A stretch of 51,294 nucleotides of DNA from Candidatus Woesebacteria bacterium (GTDB lineage: Bacteria; Patescibacteriota; Microgenomatia; UBA8517), in the NCBI GenBank assembly GCA_020061305.1, contig JAGUYM010000014.1, positions 183,920 through 235,213 on the forward strand, read 5' to 3'. Both the position numbers and the translations under genes were made by a program. Under the pieces are notes generated by a model, which saw only the letters and a list, made by a program, of their open reading frames with translations, was not told the origin of the DNA and ran no database searches. Positions 17,879-27,825 of the stretch are shown here, one piece after another (the first letter of the stretch is position 1; each line of letters begins with the position of its first letter).

Positions 17879-19080
17879 CAAAATATAGTTTCTATATAAA
17901 ATTGTTTCGGTTGTCTTGGCAATCATTAAGGTCCAATGTTTTTAGATCTTTTTTAACGACATTGGGAATTATAATTGGAGCAGCGACCATTATTATAGTT
18001 GTTGCGCTTGGTGAGGGAGCAAAAAGAGATATTGAAGCACAATATTCAAACATGTCTGTTACAACAATTTTAATTAATGGTCCATCAACTGAGGGTTCCC
18101 AATCAAAATTGTCTGTTGATGACATACCTGCAATACAGGCTATTAGTACAGTTTCTGATGCCGTTCCGATGCTTACCGGAAAAGTAAATATCTCGACAGC
18201 AAATAACACTGCAAGTTTTAATGTCGTTGGAACCTATCCTAATTTTTCCGATGTGGCGAATCTGACATACGAAAGGGGGGGTTTTTTTGACCAGACGGAT
18301 GAAGATGATCACACAAAGGTTGTGATTCTTGGGGCGACTGTGGCAGAAGAAATATATGGCACCCGCAATCCCGACGTCTTGGGCCAAAGTATAGTATTGG
18401 GAAAGAAAGAATTTGAAATAGTGGGTATAGCAAAGTATAAGGGTGGTGCTTTTGGACCAATTTCAATTGATGAAAGTGTTTTTACACCTTATTCCTCAAG
18501 TTACAGATATATCTTAGGAAAAAATGGTAAATTTTCCTTTAATGTAAATGCTCAAAGTGTAGATCTTTTAGAGGAAACAATGTCAAGTTTAACTAAAGTT
18601 TTGCGTGAAGAACATAAAATAGCGGCAAACACACCGGAAGACTTTAAATTAAAAGATATGGGTGCAACGGTTGCATCTGCACAAGGCTCTTCACAGACAA
18701 TGGCAATTCTTCTTGGGGCTGTGGGATTTATAGTTCTTCTTGTGGGTGGAATTGGGATTATGAATATTATGTATGTTACTGTTTCGGAAAGAACAAAAGA
18801 GATTGGAATAAGAAAAGCGATTGGAGCTAAGGATAATCATGTTCTGACGCAGTTTTTGTTTGAAGCATTTATACTAACAGGTGTTGGTTATTTGATTGGG
18901 ACAATATCTTCTATAGGAATCTATTTTATTCTGCTTTCTTTGGGAGTAAAAATAGTTTTTGTTTGGTGGAGCCTAGTTCTTTCATTTATTATTACTTTTA
19001 CAGTTGGAATGTTTTTTGGCTATTACCCTGCCAAAAAAGCTGCAGCTCTCGACCCAATAGATGCACTGCGATACGAATAA
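17875..19080 (+). CDS. MacB/FtsX-like ABC permease
   Basis: FRSFLTTLGIIIG, GGIGIMNIM..VSERTKEIGIRKAIGA, DPIDALRYE. Confidence 0.93.
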   Translation: MTKYSFYIKLFRLSWQSLRSNVFRSFLTTLGIIIGAATIIIVVALGEGAKRDIEAQYSNMSVTTILINGPSTEGSQSKLSVDDIPAIQAISTVSDAVPMLTGKVNISTANNTASFNVVGTYPNFSDVANLTYERGGFFDQTDEDDHTKVVILGATVAEEIYGTRNPDVLGQSIVLGKKEFEIVGIAKYKGGAFGPISIDESVFTPYSSSYRYILGKNGKFSFNVNAQSVDLLEETMSSLTKVLREEHKIAANTPEDFKLKDMGATVASAQGSSQTMAILLGAVGFIVLLVGGIGIMNIMYVTVSERTKEIGIRKAIGAKDNHVLTQFLFEAFILTGVGYLIGTISSIGIYFILLSLGVKIVFVWWSLVLSFIITFTVGMFFGYYPAKKAAALDPIDALRYE

Positions 19081-19216
19081 TCAACACGATCAGCGATATA
19101 CTCCACTTACTCTCAAGTTTTTAGTATAGAAGCAGTAATGCCTATTACAATCGAAATTAGTAATTATTATATGCTATATTAGATTAATACGACGGTTTAG
19201 AAGGGGGTGATTAAAG

Positions 19217-19819
19217 ATGAAAAAAATATTTATGTTAATTTTACCGACTTTGGGATTAGTATACTTGCCCACTTTAGTTTCAGCACAAGGTAGTCAGCAA
19301 CAAAACAGAGTTCAGGACCCGAAAACTAATGTTAGCGCAACGGTTACACCAAAAAGTAACCAAATCCAAAATGAAAATTTGATCCAAGTACAGAATAAAG
19401 GCCAAGAAACACAACTTATGGTTGCAACGCAACAAGTTCAGCAACTTATGGATGTGGAAGGACTAACTGTTGAGGTTGGTGATAAAATTAGAACTTTGGC
19501 CAAGGAGCAAGTAGGGGCGCAAGAACAGATTAAAACTCAGCTTGATAGGCTGGAATCTAAATCCAATTTTATGAAAAAGCTTTTTGGTCCTGATTTTGGA
19601 GCAATAAAAAATCTTAATCAATTGATGGAACAAAATAGATTAAGGATTCAAGAGTTACAGCAATTACAAAATCAAGTAACGAATCAAGCAGAAAAAACTC
19701 AATTGCAGGAAGCAATTCAAACGCTTTTGAATCAGAATACTGATTTACGGGAACAAGTCAAGGCTGAAGAAAAAGTAGGAAGTATATTTGGCTGGCTTAT
19801 TAAATTGTTCAATAATTAG
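19217..19819 (+). CDS. Secreted Gln-rich coiled-coil protein
   Basis: Signal peptide; SD AAGGGGGTGA upstream. Confidence 0.8.
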   Translation: MKKIFMLILPTLGLVYLPTLVSAQGSQQQNRVQDPKTNVSATVTPKSNQIQNENLIQVQNKGQETQLMVATQQVQQLMDVEGLTVEVGDKIRTLAKEQVGAQEQIKTQLDRLESKSNFMKKLFGPDFGAIKNLNQLMEQNRLRIQELQQLQNQVTNQAEKTQLQEAIQTLLNQNTDLREQVKAEEKVGSIFGWLIKLFNN

Positions 19820-19936
19820 CTATTATTACACCAAACTGGCCAAGGGCAGATGCTTAGCTTGCTAAGAATGTCGGTTCAGAATTTTTCGACCTCGTGATTG
19901 TTTTGTCCAAGTGTATTACAATAAAACGGGCTTTAT

Positions 19937-21104
19937 CTAGCTCGCCACCTGTTTTGCGGGTTTTAGTTTGTTTACTGCATATAGTGCAGTTATCACCAAA
20001 AACACAGTTGCTAAAAAATATGGAGATTTGGTTCCAATTTGTGCGTAGAAGAAAGTTCCCAGGAGAGGACCGAATAACCTAGCAACCGCTGCTACCGACT
20101 GGTTCATACCTGCGATACTACCTTGTTCTTTTTCAGGTGTCAGTTTCGAAATATAGCCTGTAATTACTGGCCTTGATATCCCACTTGCTAAAGCAAGAAG
20201 GGTTACGGCGATAAGAAGCATGGCTACACTAGTACCCACAGCTATCAGTCCTAATGCTACAGCCATAAGGATAATAGTGATAATGATCAATCTATGCTCT
20301 GAAAACAAATTCTCAATTCTTTTAAGCAGAAATAATTGCACCACTATTCCCACTAAACCCAAATAAGCAAAAATTAGTCCGTTAGTTCTTGCAGATAAAT
20401 TAAGACTGTGTTCGGTGTAAAGGGCAAATGTACCTTGCATAAGCGAGAAGGAGAACATGGTCATAAAAAAGATGCTTAGAAGAGTCCCAAGTTCAGGATG
20501 CGTTAATGCATCAAAAAAGTCTTTTACCCCAAAAATCTGGTTTTCCTTTTTCTTAACCTCATTATCTTGTCTGCTTTTAATATATGATTCTGGGAGAAAG
20601 AAATAAGCCAGAACAACCGCAATGAGTGCAACTGCCCCTGCTACGAATGCTGGCACGGCATATCCATACACCGAAAGCAATCCGCCAACAGCAACTAAAG
20701 GCAGCCATCATAATACCCATTCCTTGAGTCCTGTTTTCTTTGGTAGTTATATCTGCAATATATGCCTGGGCAGTTGATATGTTGCCACCGGTAATACCGT
20801 CAATAATTCTGGACATAAATAAGACTGGAATAGTTTTGGCAGCTCCAAGTAAACCAAAAGAGGCCGCAGTTCCAAGAATGGAAATGACGAGGACGGGACG
20901 TCTGCCGAATTTATCTGACAATTTACCTAAAATGGGAGCTGAAATTATTTGGAACAAGGAATATGTAGCAGTTAAAAGGCCGATAGTTATTGCTCCTGCC
21001 CCGAAACTTTCAACATAATACGGCAAAAGCGGCAAAATAATGCCAAAACCCAATAGGTTTACAAATACTATTAAAAATATAATCCAAATTCGACTGTCTT
21101 TCAT
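19937..21104 (-). pseudogene. TetA/DHA1-type MFS transporter broken by a short deletion and frameshift near 20694
   Basis: Frame 1 has GKLSDKFGRRP and ends GMGIMMAAFS; frame 2 resumes AVGGLLSVYG; the usual LGFxxGP of motif C is missing. Confidence 0.85.
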
Positions 21105-21131
21105 AATGTATGCTAAACTTTTACTTCACAT

Positions 21132-22823
21132 TTAACGAATTGACGCTTTATTATCCTTTAAAAATTGGCTCCACCCCTCAATTGTATCAAGAACAAGTGC
21201 AAAAGGAGTCTCTATTATAAAATTAAATAGAATTGCGAATACATTATATTCTTTCCACTTGGATGCAAAAAATGACCCCACATTGGCTATGGGCACGAAA
21301 ATCATATCAAGCAAGAATTCATAAAAAGATGTTTTATCATCAACATTAAGTTCCTTTGATTTATTTCGAATACCAACAGCGGCAAACACTGTTAGGGAAA
21401 TCGTAAATGTATCAAAGATTACTGAAGTTAAGGGTAGTCCGGCAACATAAAACGACGCCCCTACAACTGTAAAAACCGACAAAGTCATAAACAAATAAAT
21501 TGTTACATAAAATGTTTTAGATAATACCTCTCTATTTTTTCCAATCTCAATTTCATAAAATTTCTTTTTTTCACCCTTATATACAAAACTTTCAACAACT
21601 TTCAATACATGCTCGCGATTTTTCTCTGATGGTGCTCTTATGATCATAACTAAAAGAAACATAACGATTGTAGGTATTATAAAATCTATAAATGCTGTAA
21701 ACAGACTAAACTCTTCGTAGAAGAACTTAGCCAGTGGAACTTCTACTATAAAAAATGTAAACCAGTTAGATAAAAATACGGATAAAGTCGAGAAGATTCC
21801 CAGTCTAAAAAGCCTTTTTTTTAAAGTATTGTAACGCTTATCATACAACTGGCTAATCTTTTGCTTAAATTTCTTACGGTCTTCGATTGTGGGAATAATT
21901 TTTTCAGGCTTATTCTTTGCTTCTTCCAAAAAATCGTTTAAAAGAGAAAAAACAGTATCATTTTGATCGCAAATACGGTTGAAATTTTTGGCCAATGGGT
22001 GTCTAAGAATGTTTTCTAAATTATTCCAAAAATCTATTACTTCATTTAATCGCGCGGGAAGAGCTTCATCAGACAAATCTTTCCAATCAGGAAATCGAAA
22101 ATTTAACAAGCGGTATGCTATAAAGGCATCATCCAAGTTAAATAAGGTCCTACAAACGGCTATATATATTTGTTGTTCCTTCTCGTTTTTTGTTAGCCCC
22201 ACCGTGGGTGACAGGTTGATTCGGCTCTCCATCATCTTTGTCATTGCATCAAGCAACGCATACTCCCTGATTGGCTTTACAAGAATTTCTTCAATCTCAC
22301 AGGCAGCAATTTCCAATATAAAAGTATAGAAATTTGCCTGTTTTTTGATGCTTAAAGGAGAGTTACGTGATGATTGTGTTAAAAAATATTGATATTTAGT
22401 TAGTGATTTTGAGACTACTGAAATTGATTCTTTTGGAACTTCGTCATTTGGCAAATGACCGCCTCTTACTAATTCTGTTGTGATAGTTTCCGCCAAACTG
22501 TCTACTTCTGGCTGTTTATAAATAGGAATTCTCAAATCTTTTGCAAAAAGCAGACGCTTGAGTATCCTTTCAATTGCTCGTCTTCTAAGCACATTATCCT
22601 CCTGCCAATCCACAACTTTACGAATTTTTTCATATAGCTTTGCAATGCTAGTGGCGATTTCGTCAACATGAATTGGTGTGCTATCCTTATTCAAAGCTTC
22701 AAGGTTGGTAACATACTCTTGCGTCAGTGCAAAAACTTCATCGGTTATATTACGATTCAACTTATCGAAATGTTTTGACTCATGTTGATTATTCTCAAAA
22801 ATAACTCCGTTATTTCCTATCAT
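21132..22823 (-). CDS. Hypothetical membrane protein with C-terminal TM helices
   Basis: 563-aa ORF, soluble helical N-terminus, hydrophobic segments after residue ~340. Confidence 0.8.
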   Translation of the reverse strand: MIGNNGVIFENNQHESKHFDKLNRNITDEVFALTQEYVTNLEALNKDSTPIHVDEIATSIAKLYEKIRKVVDWQEDNVLRRRAIERILKRLLFAKDLRIPIYKQPEVDSLAETITTELVRGGHLPNDEVPKESISVVSKSLTKYQYFLTQSSRNSPLSIKKQANFYTFILEIAACEIEEILVKPIREYALLDAMTKMMESRINLSPTVGLTKNEKEQQIYIAVCRTLFNLDDAFIAYRLLNFRFPDWKDLSDEALPARLNEVIDFWNNLENILRHPLAKNFNRICDQNDTVFSLLNDFLEEAKNKPEKIIPTIEDRKKFKQKISQLYDKRYNTLKKRLFRLGIFSTLSVFLSNWFTFFIVEVPLAKFFYEEFSLFTAFIDFIIPTIVMFLLVMIIRAPSEKNREHVLKVVESFVYKGEKKKFYEIEIGKNREVLSKTFYVTIYLFMTLSVFTVVGASFYVAGLPLTSVIFDTFTISLTVFAAVGIRNKSKELNVDDKTSFYEFLLDMIFVPIANVGSFFASKWKEYNVFAILFNFIIETPFALVLDTIEGWSQFLKDNKASIR

Positions 22824-22841
22824 ATTTTTTAATAACTTAGA

Positions 22842-24059
22842 TTATTCATATCTTAGTGCCGCAATCGGTGAGAGTAGAGATGCGCGTCTTGCTGGAGCAA
22901 TTCCAAAAATTATTCCGACTCCTGCAGAAACAACAAAAGCAAGAATAATTGACCACGCGGTAACAGTCATCGGTATAAAATTGTTTAACAAGAGTGCACC
23001 GCCGCTACCGAGTAAGATTCCAATGATCCCACCGCCTACGGACAAAAAGACTGCCTCGATCAAAAACTGGGTTAAAATCACTTCAGGTGTAGCCCCCAGG
23101 GCTTTCCTGAGACCTATCTCTCTTGTTCTTTCTGTTACAGACACGAGCATTATATTCATAATGCCGATACCTCCGACTAAAAGTGAAATGGCAGCGATGC
23201 CACCCAAAGCGATTGTGAGGGTATCAAGAATAGAAGAAACGGTCGATAAGATTTCCTTCTGATCGATTACAGTAAAGTCTTCCTCGTCGTGTCGTTTTAA
23301 CATTACCGCTTCTATCAATGGAACAGCTGAGGCAACCTCATCACTTGAACTTACTTGGGTGAATATTATGCTGATATTATCCAAGCCAAATTGGCGTTGA
23401 GCAGTAGTTATTGGGACAAAAATTTTATCGTCGGAAGTTAAGCTGCCTTGACCACCTTGTTCTTTCATTACGCCCATAACAAGATAGCGGTAGTCTCCAA
23501 CTTTGATCTTCTCTCCAACCGGATTTTGGTTTCCAAATAATTCATGGGCGACAGTGTGTCCTAAAATCGTCACTTTCCTTCCACTGTTGACCTCAGATTG
23601 CGTAAAAAAACTACCAGTTTCGAATTCTGAGCTCCTTATATTTATATAATTTTGTGTAGTGCCGATAATTTGTCCGGAAACAGTTTCACTCTTATAGCTG
23701 GCAAGGCCTGGAGCCATGACTACGGCAGCAGTATCTTTGATTTGGGGTAAACTTCTTTCTATCTCTTCGGCATCCCTTAGTTCCAACTTAGAAGCTGCTA
23801 TTGAAGAAAAAGCGCCACTTGCAGCTCCTCCACTAGCCCCTGTTTGTTCAATATCAATATCACCCGGGACAACCATAATGAGGTTAGAGCCCATATCTTG
23901 CATTTGTCCTGTTATATAATCTTTAAGTCCTGAACCAACGGAAACCAGCAAAATTACGGCCGCAACACCAATAATTACCCCAAGCGCGGTCAAGAAGGAG
24001 CGCGATCTGTTTACAATTAGGGATTTGGTTGCGATTCTAATAAGTTGTTTTAGTTGCAT
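22842..24059 (-). CDS. MacB/FtsX-like ABC permease (operon 2)
   Basis: RSFLTALGVIIG, GGIGIMNIMLVSVTERTREIGLRKALGA. Confidence 0.93.
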   Translation of the reverse strand: MQLKQLIRIATKSLIVNRSRSFLTALGVIIGVAAVILLVSVGSGLKDYITGQMQDMGSNLIMVVPGDIDIEQTGASGGAASGAFSSIAASKLELRDAEEIERSLPQIKDTAAVVMAPGLASYKSETVSGQIIGTTQNYINIRSSEFETGSFFTQSEVNSGRKVTILGHTVAHELFGNQNPVGEKIKVGDYRYLVMGVMKEQGGQGSLTSDDKIFVPITTAQRQFGLDNISIIFTQVSSSDEVASAVPLIEAVMLKRHDEEDFTVIDQKEILSTVSSILDTLTIALGGIAAISLLVGGIGIMNIMLVSVTERTREIGLRKALGATPEVILTQFLIEAVFLSVGGGIIGILLGSGGALLLNNFIPMTVTAWSIILAFVVSAGVGIIFGIAPARRASLLSPIAALRYE

Positions 24060-24060
24060 T

Positions 24061-24741
24061 TTAATTTATTACCTTACCGTCTTTTAATCTGATTATTCTT
24101 TGTGCTTTGTTTGCAATGTTGTCATCGTGGGTGACAAGGATAACTGTCCTGCCTTGTTGGTGAAGTTTTTTAAATATTTCCATGACTTCTACACCCGATT
24201 TTGAATCCAAATTTCCCGTTGGTTCATCGGCAATGATTATTGAGGGGTCTGTAATCAGCGCACGGGCAATAGCTACTCTTTGTTGTTGACCTCCTGAAAG
24301 CTGATTTGGATGATGGTCAAGTCTTTCTCCTAAACCAACTTTCCCTAAAACTTCAGCAGCCTTTTTAGCTATCTGTGAGCTGGTGGTGCCGTTATACAAC
24401 AGAGGAAGACTTACATTATCGAGTGCCGAAGTCCTGGGTAATAAATTAAACTGCTGAAACACAAATCCTATTTTTTTATTTCTGACCTGTGCCAATTGTC
24501 TTTCAGTCATCTGGCTGATTTCTTGATCATCTAAAAGGACTTTACCGGAGGTTGGTGTATCCAAACAGCCAACTATGTGCATTAGGGTTGATTTCCCACT
24601 CCCTGAAGGACCAATAATGGAAACAAACTCACCCTCCATTATTGCAAGAGAAACGTTGTCAAGGGCTTTTACAGATACCCCGTCCATTCGATAAATTTTG
24701 GATACAGTTTCCAATCTGAGTATGTTTTTTGTCTTTGTCAT
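24061..24741 (-). CDS. ABC ATPase, LolD/MacB type
   Basis: GPSGSGKST, LSGGQQQRVAIAR, DEPTGNLD. Confidence 0.95.
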   Translation of the reverse strand: MTKTKNILRLETVSKIYRMDGVSVKALDNVSLAIMEGEFVSIIGPSGSGKSTLMHIVGCLDTPTSGKVLLDDQEISQMTERQLAQVRNKKIGFVFQQFNLLPRTSALDNVSLPLLYNGTTSSQIAKKAAEVLGKVGLGERLDHHPNQLSGGQQQRVAIARALITDPSIIIADEPTGNLDSKSGVEVMEIFKKLHQQGRTVILVTHDDNIANKAQRIIRLKDGKVIN

Positions 24742-24747
24742 TACACA

Positions 24748-25788
24748 TTATTTTTTTTCGTTACCTGGCAGGGCAATTACCTGCCCTTCTTCTAAGCCTT
24801 TAATTATCTCCACTTCAGTCAAAGTGGTTAAACCAACATTAACCTCCTTTTCTATTTTGTTGCCGTCTTCGATGATATAAACAACACTAATACCGTCTTT
24901 TTGTTTTATGTAGTTTCCCGGAATAACCAAAGCATTTTCTCTTTGATCCAGTACAAATTCCACATCGCCACTTAATCCTACTGCCATGTTACTCCCGTTT
25001 GAGTCAAATTGAATCTCAATAGGTATAGTAACTCCTCCTGTGGCAGTTTTGACTCCGGCCTTACCGATATAGGAAACAGTTCCTTCAAAGGTTTCATCAG
25101 GAAAGGCATCAAGAGATATTTTTGCTTTTTGTCCGAGTTTTATTTTACCGTAGTCTATTTCATCCACCTGAGCTGTAAATTTAAACTCTGACACATCAGC
25201 AACAACTATAGTATCCGTTAAAGCAATATTAGCACCGGGAGTAAAGTTATCTGATATCGACACAACAGTTCCGTTAAAGGGTGCGATTAAAGTTGTGTTT
25301 GACAAGGCGTTTCGTGTAGCCAAAACAGCGTTATAGGCATTATCTTTTGCGACTTCGGCGGCAGTCCTTGTTTCCTTTTGAGTGAAAGATTCGTCGTTGT
25401 CATGATCCTTAACGCTATCATAGACCCTATCCAAAGTTGCTTCGGCGGCGCGCAGGTTAGAGTTGGCAATCTGAAGATTGGCATTAAGTTGTACGGCATC
25501 AAGCTGGGCTAGTGATTGCCACTTTTTAACATCTTCACCTTGACTTACCCCAACCCATGCTAGCTTACCAGGAGTATTAAAATGTAGAGTTGCCTGGCTC
25601 TTTCCTTTGATAGATCCTGAGGCTGATATGGTTGAAAATAAATCCTGTCGCACCACTTTTGTAGTTACCATCTCATCGCTATTACCAGTAATCAGGCTTT
25701 TACCAATCAATATGGATAAAGCGACAATAACAAAGATAATAACTTTCCACCTATTTTCTCTAATAAACCGACACATTTTTTTTAGCAT
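24748..25788 (-). CDS. MacA-like periplasmic adaptor
   Basis: GKLAWVGVSQGE, LIAPFNGTV, VDEIDYGKIKLGQ. Confidence 0.88.
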   Translation of the reverse strand: MLKKMCRFIRENRWKVIIFVIVALSILIGKSLITGNSDEMVTTKVVRQDLFSTISASGSIKGKSQATLHFNTPGKLAWVGVSQGEDVKKWQSLAQLDAVQLNANLQIANSNLRAAEATLDRVYDSVKDHDNDESFTQKETRTAAEVAKDNAYNAVLATRNALSNTTLIAPFNGTVVSISDNFTPGANIALTDTIVVADVSEFKFTAQVDEIDYGKIKLGQKAKISLDAFPDETFEGTVSYIGKAGVKTATGGVTIPIEIQFDSNGSNMAVGLSGDVEFVLDQRENALVIPGNYIKQKDGISVVYIIEDGNKIEKEVNVGLTTLTEVEIIKGLEEGQVIALPGNEKK

Positions 25789-25799
25789 AAGTTTTTTAT

Positions 25800-26360
25800 T
25801 TACCTAACGGTTAATGAATATCTAGTTAGTTGTTTTGCTAGTTCTTCCGATTTCATTTCCTTTGGAACAAATGGTCCAAAAAGAAACCCAAGAATAGATG
25901 CCGAAAAGACATACATAAATTTACGACCTCTTCTTCTTGTTATATCTATATCTTCAATTAATTCTCTAATTAGTTTAAGAACGGAGAATCTCATTTTAGC
26001 AATATACCGAATGATCGGCCGTTTCTCATCGCTGGCTCCTGTAAAACTAGTTAAAAGGCTGATTTCTGGGTGTTTTATCCGAAAATCCAGAAGTACTAAT
26101 ATAATCTGAAATAGCGTGTCAAACGGTGTTACATTTTTTTTAACCGCCTGCCTTAACTCTTTTTTGAGTACTAAAAAGTTTTTTTGCATAAGCTTCTTAC
26201 ACAACTCTTCTTTACTCTCAAAATAATAATAAAGGGCAGGTTTGCCGATTCCGACTTCACTGGCGATATCATCCATGGATGTGCCAAAATATCCTCGTTC
26301 GGCAAACAGCCTTCCTGTTGTTGTCAGTATCTCTTCTTCTCTGTTAGATGCTTTATTCAT
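25800..26360 (-). CDS. TetR/AcrR family regulator
   Basis: LFAERGYFGTSMDDIASEVGIGKPALYYYFESKE. Confidence 0.93.
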   Translation of the reverse strand: MNKASNREEEILTTTGRLFAERGYFGTSMDDIASEVGIGKPALYYYFESKEELCKKLMQKNFLVLKKELRQAVKKNVTPFDTLFQIILVLLDFRIKHPEISLLTSFTGASDEKRPIIRYIAKMRFSVLKLIRELIEDIDITRRRGRKFMYVFSASILGFLFGPFVPKEMKSEELAKQLTRYSLTVR

Positions 26361-26370
26361 TGCAAAAATT

Positions 26371-26390
26371 TATTGACCGTTCGGTCAGTA
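26371..26390. promoter_or_regulatory. Putative TetR operator
   Basis: TAtTGACCG-TT-CGGTCAgTA palindrome between promoter and ATG. Confidence 0.75.
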
Positions 26391-26397
26391 TTTAGTT

Positions 26398-26425
26398 ATT
26401 GTATCAAAATTATGATTGAAGTCAA
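26398..26425 (-). promoter_or_regulatory. Promoter of tetR-ABC operon
   Basis: TTGACT-16-TACAAT with extended TG. Confidence 0.6.
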
Positions 26426-26435
26426 TTTTCTAAAA

Positions 26436-27044
26436 TTAAAATCCTACTTTTTCTTTAATAAAGATCAGGTTTATGCGGTCGGGCATAACCTCGGAGTTAA
26501 TAACGAGTAGTTTTCTAATACCGCTATGCATACCATAAACATTCATTAACCTTTCATCCTCTAATTTGAAAGTATACTCTTCGATGCGTTGCATGGCCTC
26601 ATCAAGATTTTTGACAATTTTTTGTGTCCCAACCACCCAGATCACATGGGCGGCAGAAAAGACATAGGGGGCTAGTTGACTACCGGAGTTTGAAGCAATG
26701 ACTACTTTGCCGTCTTCGGTGACCGCATGAACACTCCCGACCACATAGTCGGGAGCACTGTTAATTCTTCGGGCTTGTGCTCGCTGTTCGCTTTCCGGCA
26801 GGGAAGTTATCTTTTTCCGGAGTGACACAAATTTTTCAGACTCGTCAATTGCTGTGTCTAGTCCTATTTGCTGGGCTGTTGTGGAGGTTGCAGTCATGAC
26901 TGTGGCACCTTTTTGAATCAGCGACAATGCTTCTTCTTTTGCTTGACTACCGCTTTCTACTATCGAAACTTTTATCCCATTTGCTTCAAGCGCATGCTTG
27001 GTTTTTTCTATACTTTGGTTATCGGCTAACTTGTCCCATTTCAT
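26436..27044 (-). CDS. LUD-domain protein (start 27044, alternative 27065)
   Basis: GSVHAVTEDGKVVIASNSGSQL, VIWVVGTQKIV. Confidence 0.8.
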   Translation of the reverse strand: MKWDKLADNQSIEKTKHALEANGIKVSIVESGSQAKEEALSLIQKGATVMTATSTTAQQIGLDTAIDESEKFVSLRKKITSLPESEQRAQARRINSAPDYVVGSVHAVTEDGKVVIASNSGSQLAPYVFSAAHVIWVVGTQKIVKNLDEAMQRIEEYTFKLEDERLMNVYGMHSGIRKLLVINSEVMPDRINLIFIKEKVGF

Positions 27045-27069
27045 ATATTGTATAATATAAGACATATTA

Positions 27070-27083
27070 TACTTTGTAAAGTA
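27070..27083. promoter_or_regulatory. Putative HxlR-family operator
   Basis: TACTTT-GT-AAAGTA perfect inverted repeat between divergent genes. Confidence 0.55.
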
Positions 27084-27100
27084 GTTACAAAAAGTAAAGT

Positions 27101-27403
27101 ATGAATAACGAGTCTTGCGGGGTAGAAAATACCGTTAAAATTATCGGCAAAAAATGGACGATACTTATTATCAGGGATCTTTGTGAGGGTAAAAAAAGAT
27201 TTGGCGAGCTCTTGCGCTCACTTGAGGGTATAAGTCCTCGGACACTTTCTTTTCGGCTCACCCAGCTGGAGAGGGAAGGTATCATTAGGCGCAAAGTGTT
27301 TAAAGAAATTCCCCTTCACACCGAATACTCACTTACACCAAAAGGTGAGTCCCTGCGGGATATTATTATAAAAATGCAACGGTGGGGAGAAACTAAAAAA
27401 TAA
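27101..27403 (+). CDS. HxlR-family winged-helix regulator
   Basis: IGKKWTILII, RFGEL, GISPRTLS.RL, HTEYSLT.KG. Confidence 0.92.
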   Translation: MNNESCGVENTVKIIGKKWTILIIRDLCEGKKRFGELLRSLEGISPRTLSFRLTQLEREGIIRRKVFKEIPLHTEYSLTPKGESLRDIIIKMQRWGETKK

Positions 27404-27530
27404 GCTATCAAACCACCGAAATTAACCAAAAATCAGTCAGAGTAAATAAACAGAGTAAATAAGGCCAAGCCTATTTTTGAAATCTCAAAGATTAAAAAGT
27501 TTTTTAAGCGACAAACAAAAACACTAAATT

Positions 27531-27642
27531 ATGGAAGCCAAGATAAATATATTCCAAGAGTCGCAATATTGGACCTGCTGAAATTGCGAGAAGAAAACAC
27601 TCGGGTTGGATTGGATTTATTGCAACGGTTGTAATCAAGTGA
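27531..27642 (+). pseudogene. Frameshifted 5' fragment of a small membrane-protein gene
   Basis: Two frameshifts join M..KYIP.V(C)NIGPAEIARRKHSGWIGFIATVV, then TGA. Confidence 0.45.
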
Positions 27643-27720
27643 CCGTTTATGAACGGTATCTGGCTGAGCATACGAGTCTAGTATCTACTAGTCCCATATG
27701 CTAATACTCCAAGTGTATCG

Positions 27721-27775
27721 CTTTTGAGGCCAAATGAGACATTTGAGACAGTATAAAAAGGAAATGTCTCAAAAG
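27721..27775. repeat. TGAGACA direct and inverted repeat cluster
   Basis: TGAGACATTT 27735, TGAGACA 27744, AAATGTCTCA 27762. Confidence 0.6.
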
Positions 27776-27825
27776 TCGTTGATGTATTTTGATATAGTCC
27801 AACTTGTTTGTTATATAATCGGGTT

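Noticed and set aside
19138-19182. uORF MPITIEISNYYMLY upstream of the SD-led 19217 gene, as a third attenuator
   Set aside because: No terminator or alternative hairpins follow it
19854-19867. CTTAGC-TT-GCTAAG inverted repeat between convergent genes
   Set aside because: Short, with no T tract on either side; cannot be called a terminator
27438-27462. CAGAGTAAATAA direct repeat x2
   Set aside because: Two copies, 1-nt spacer; not CRISPR-like and no functional context
27660-27668. CTGGCTG match to the tRNA-Gln 3' end as a possible att copy
   Set aside because: Only 7 bp, expected by chance
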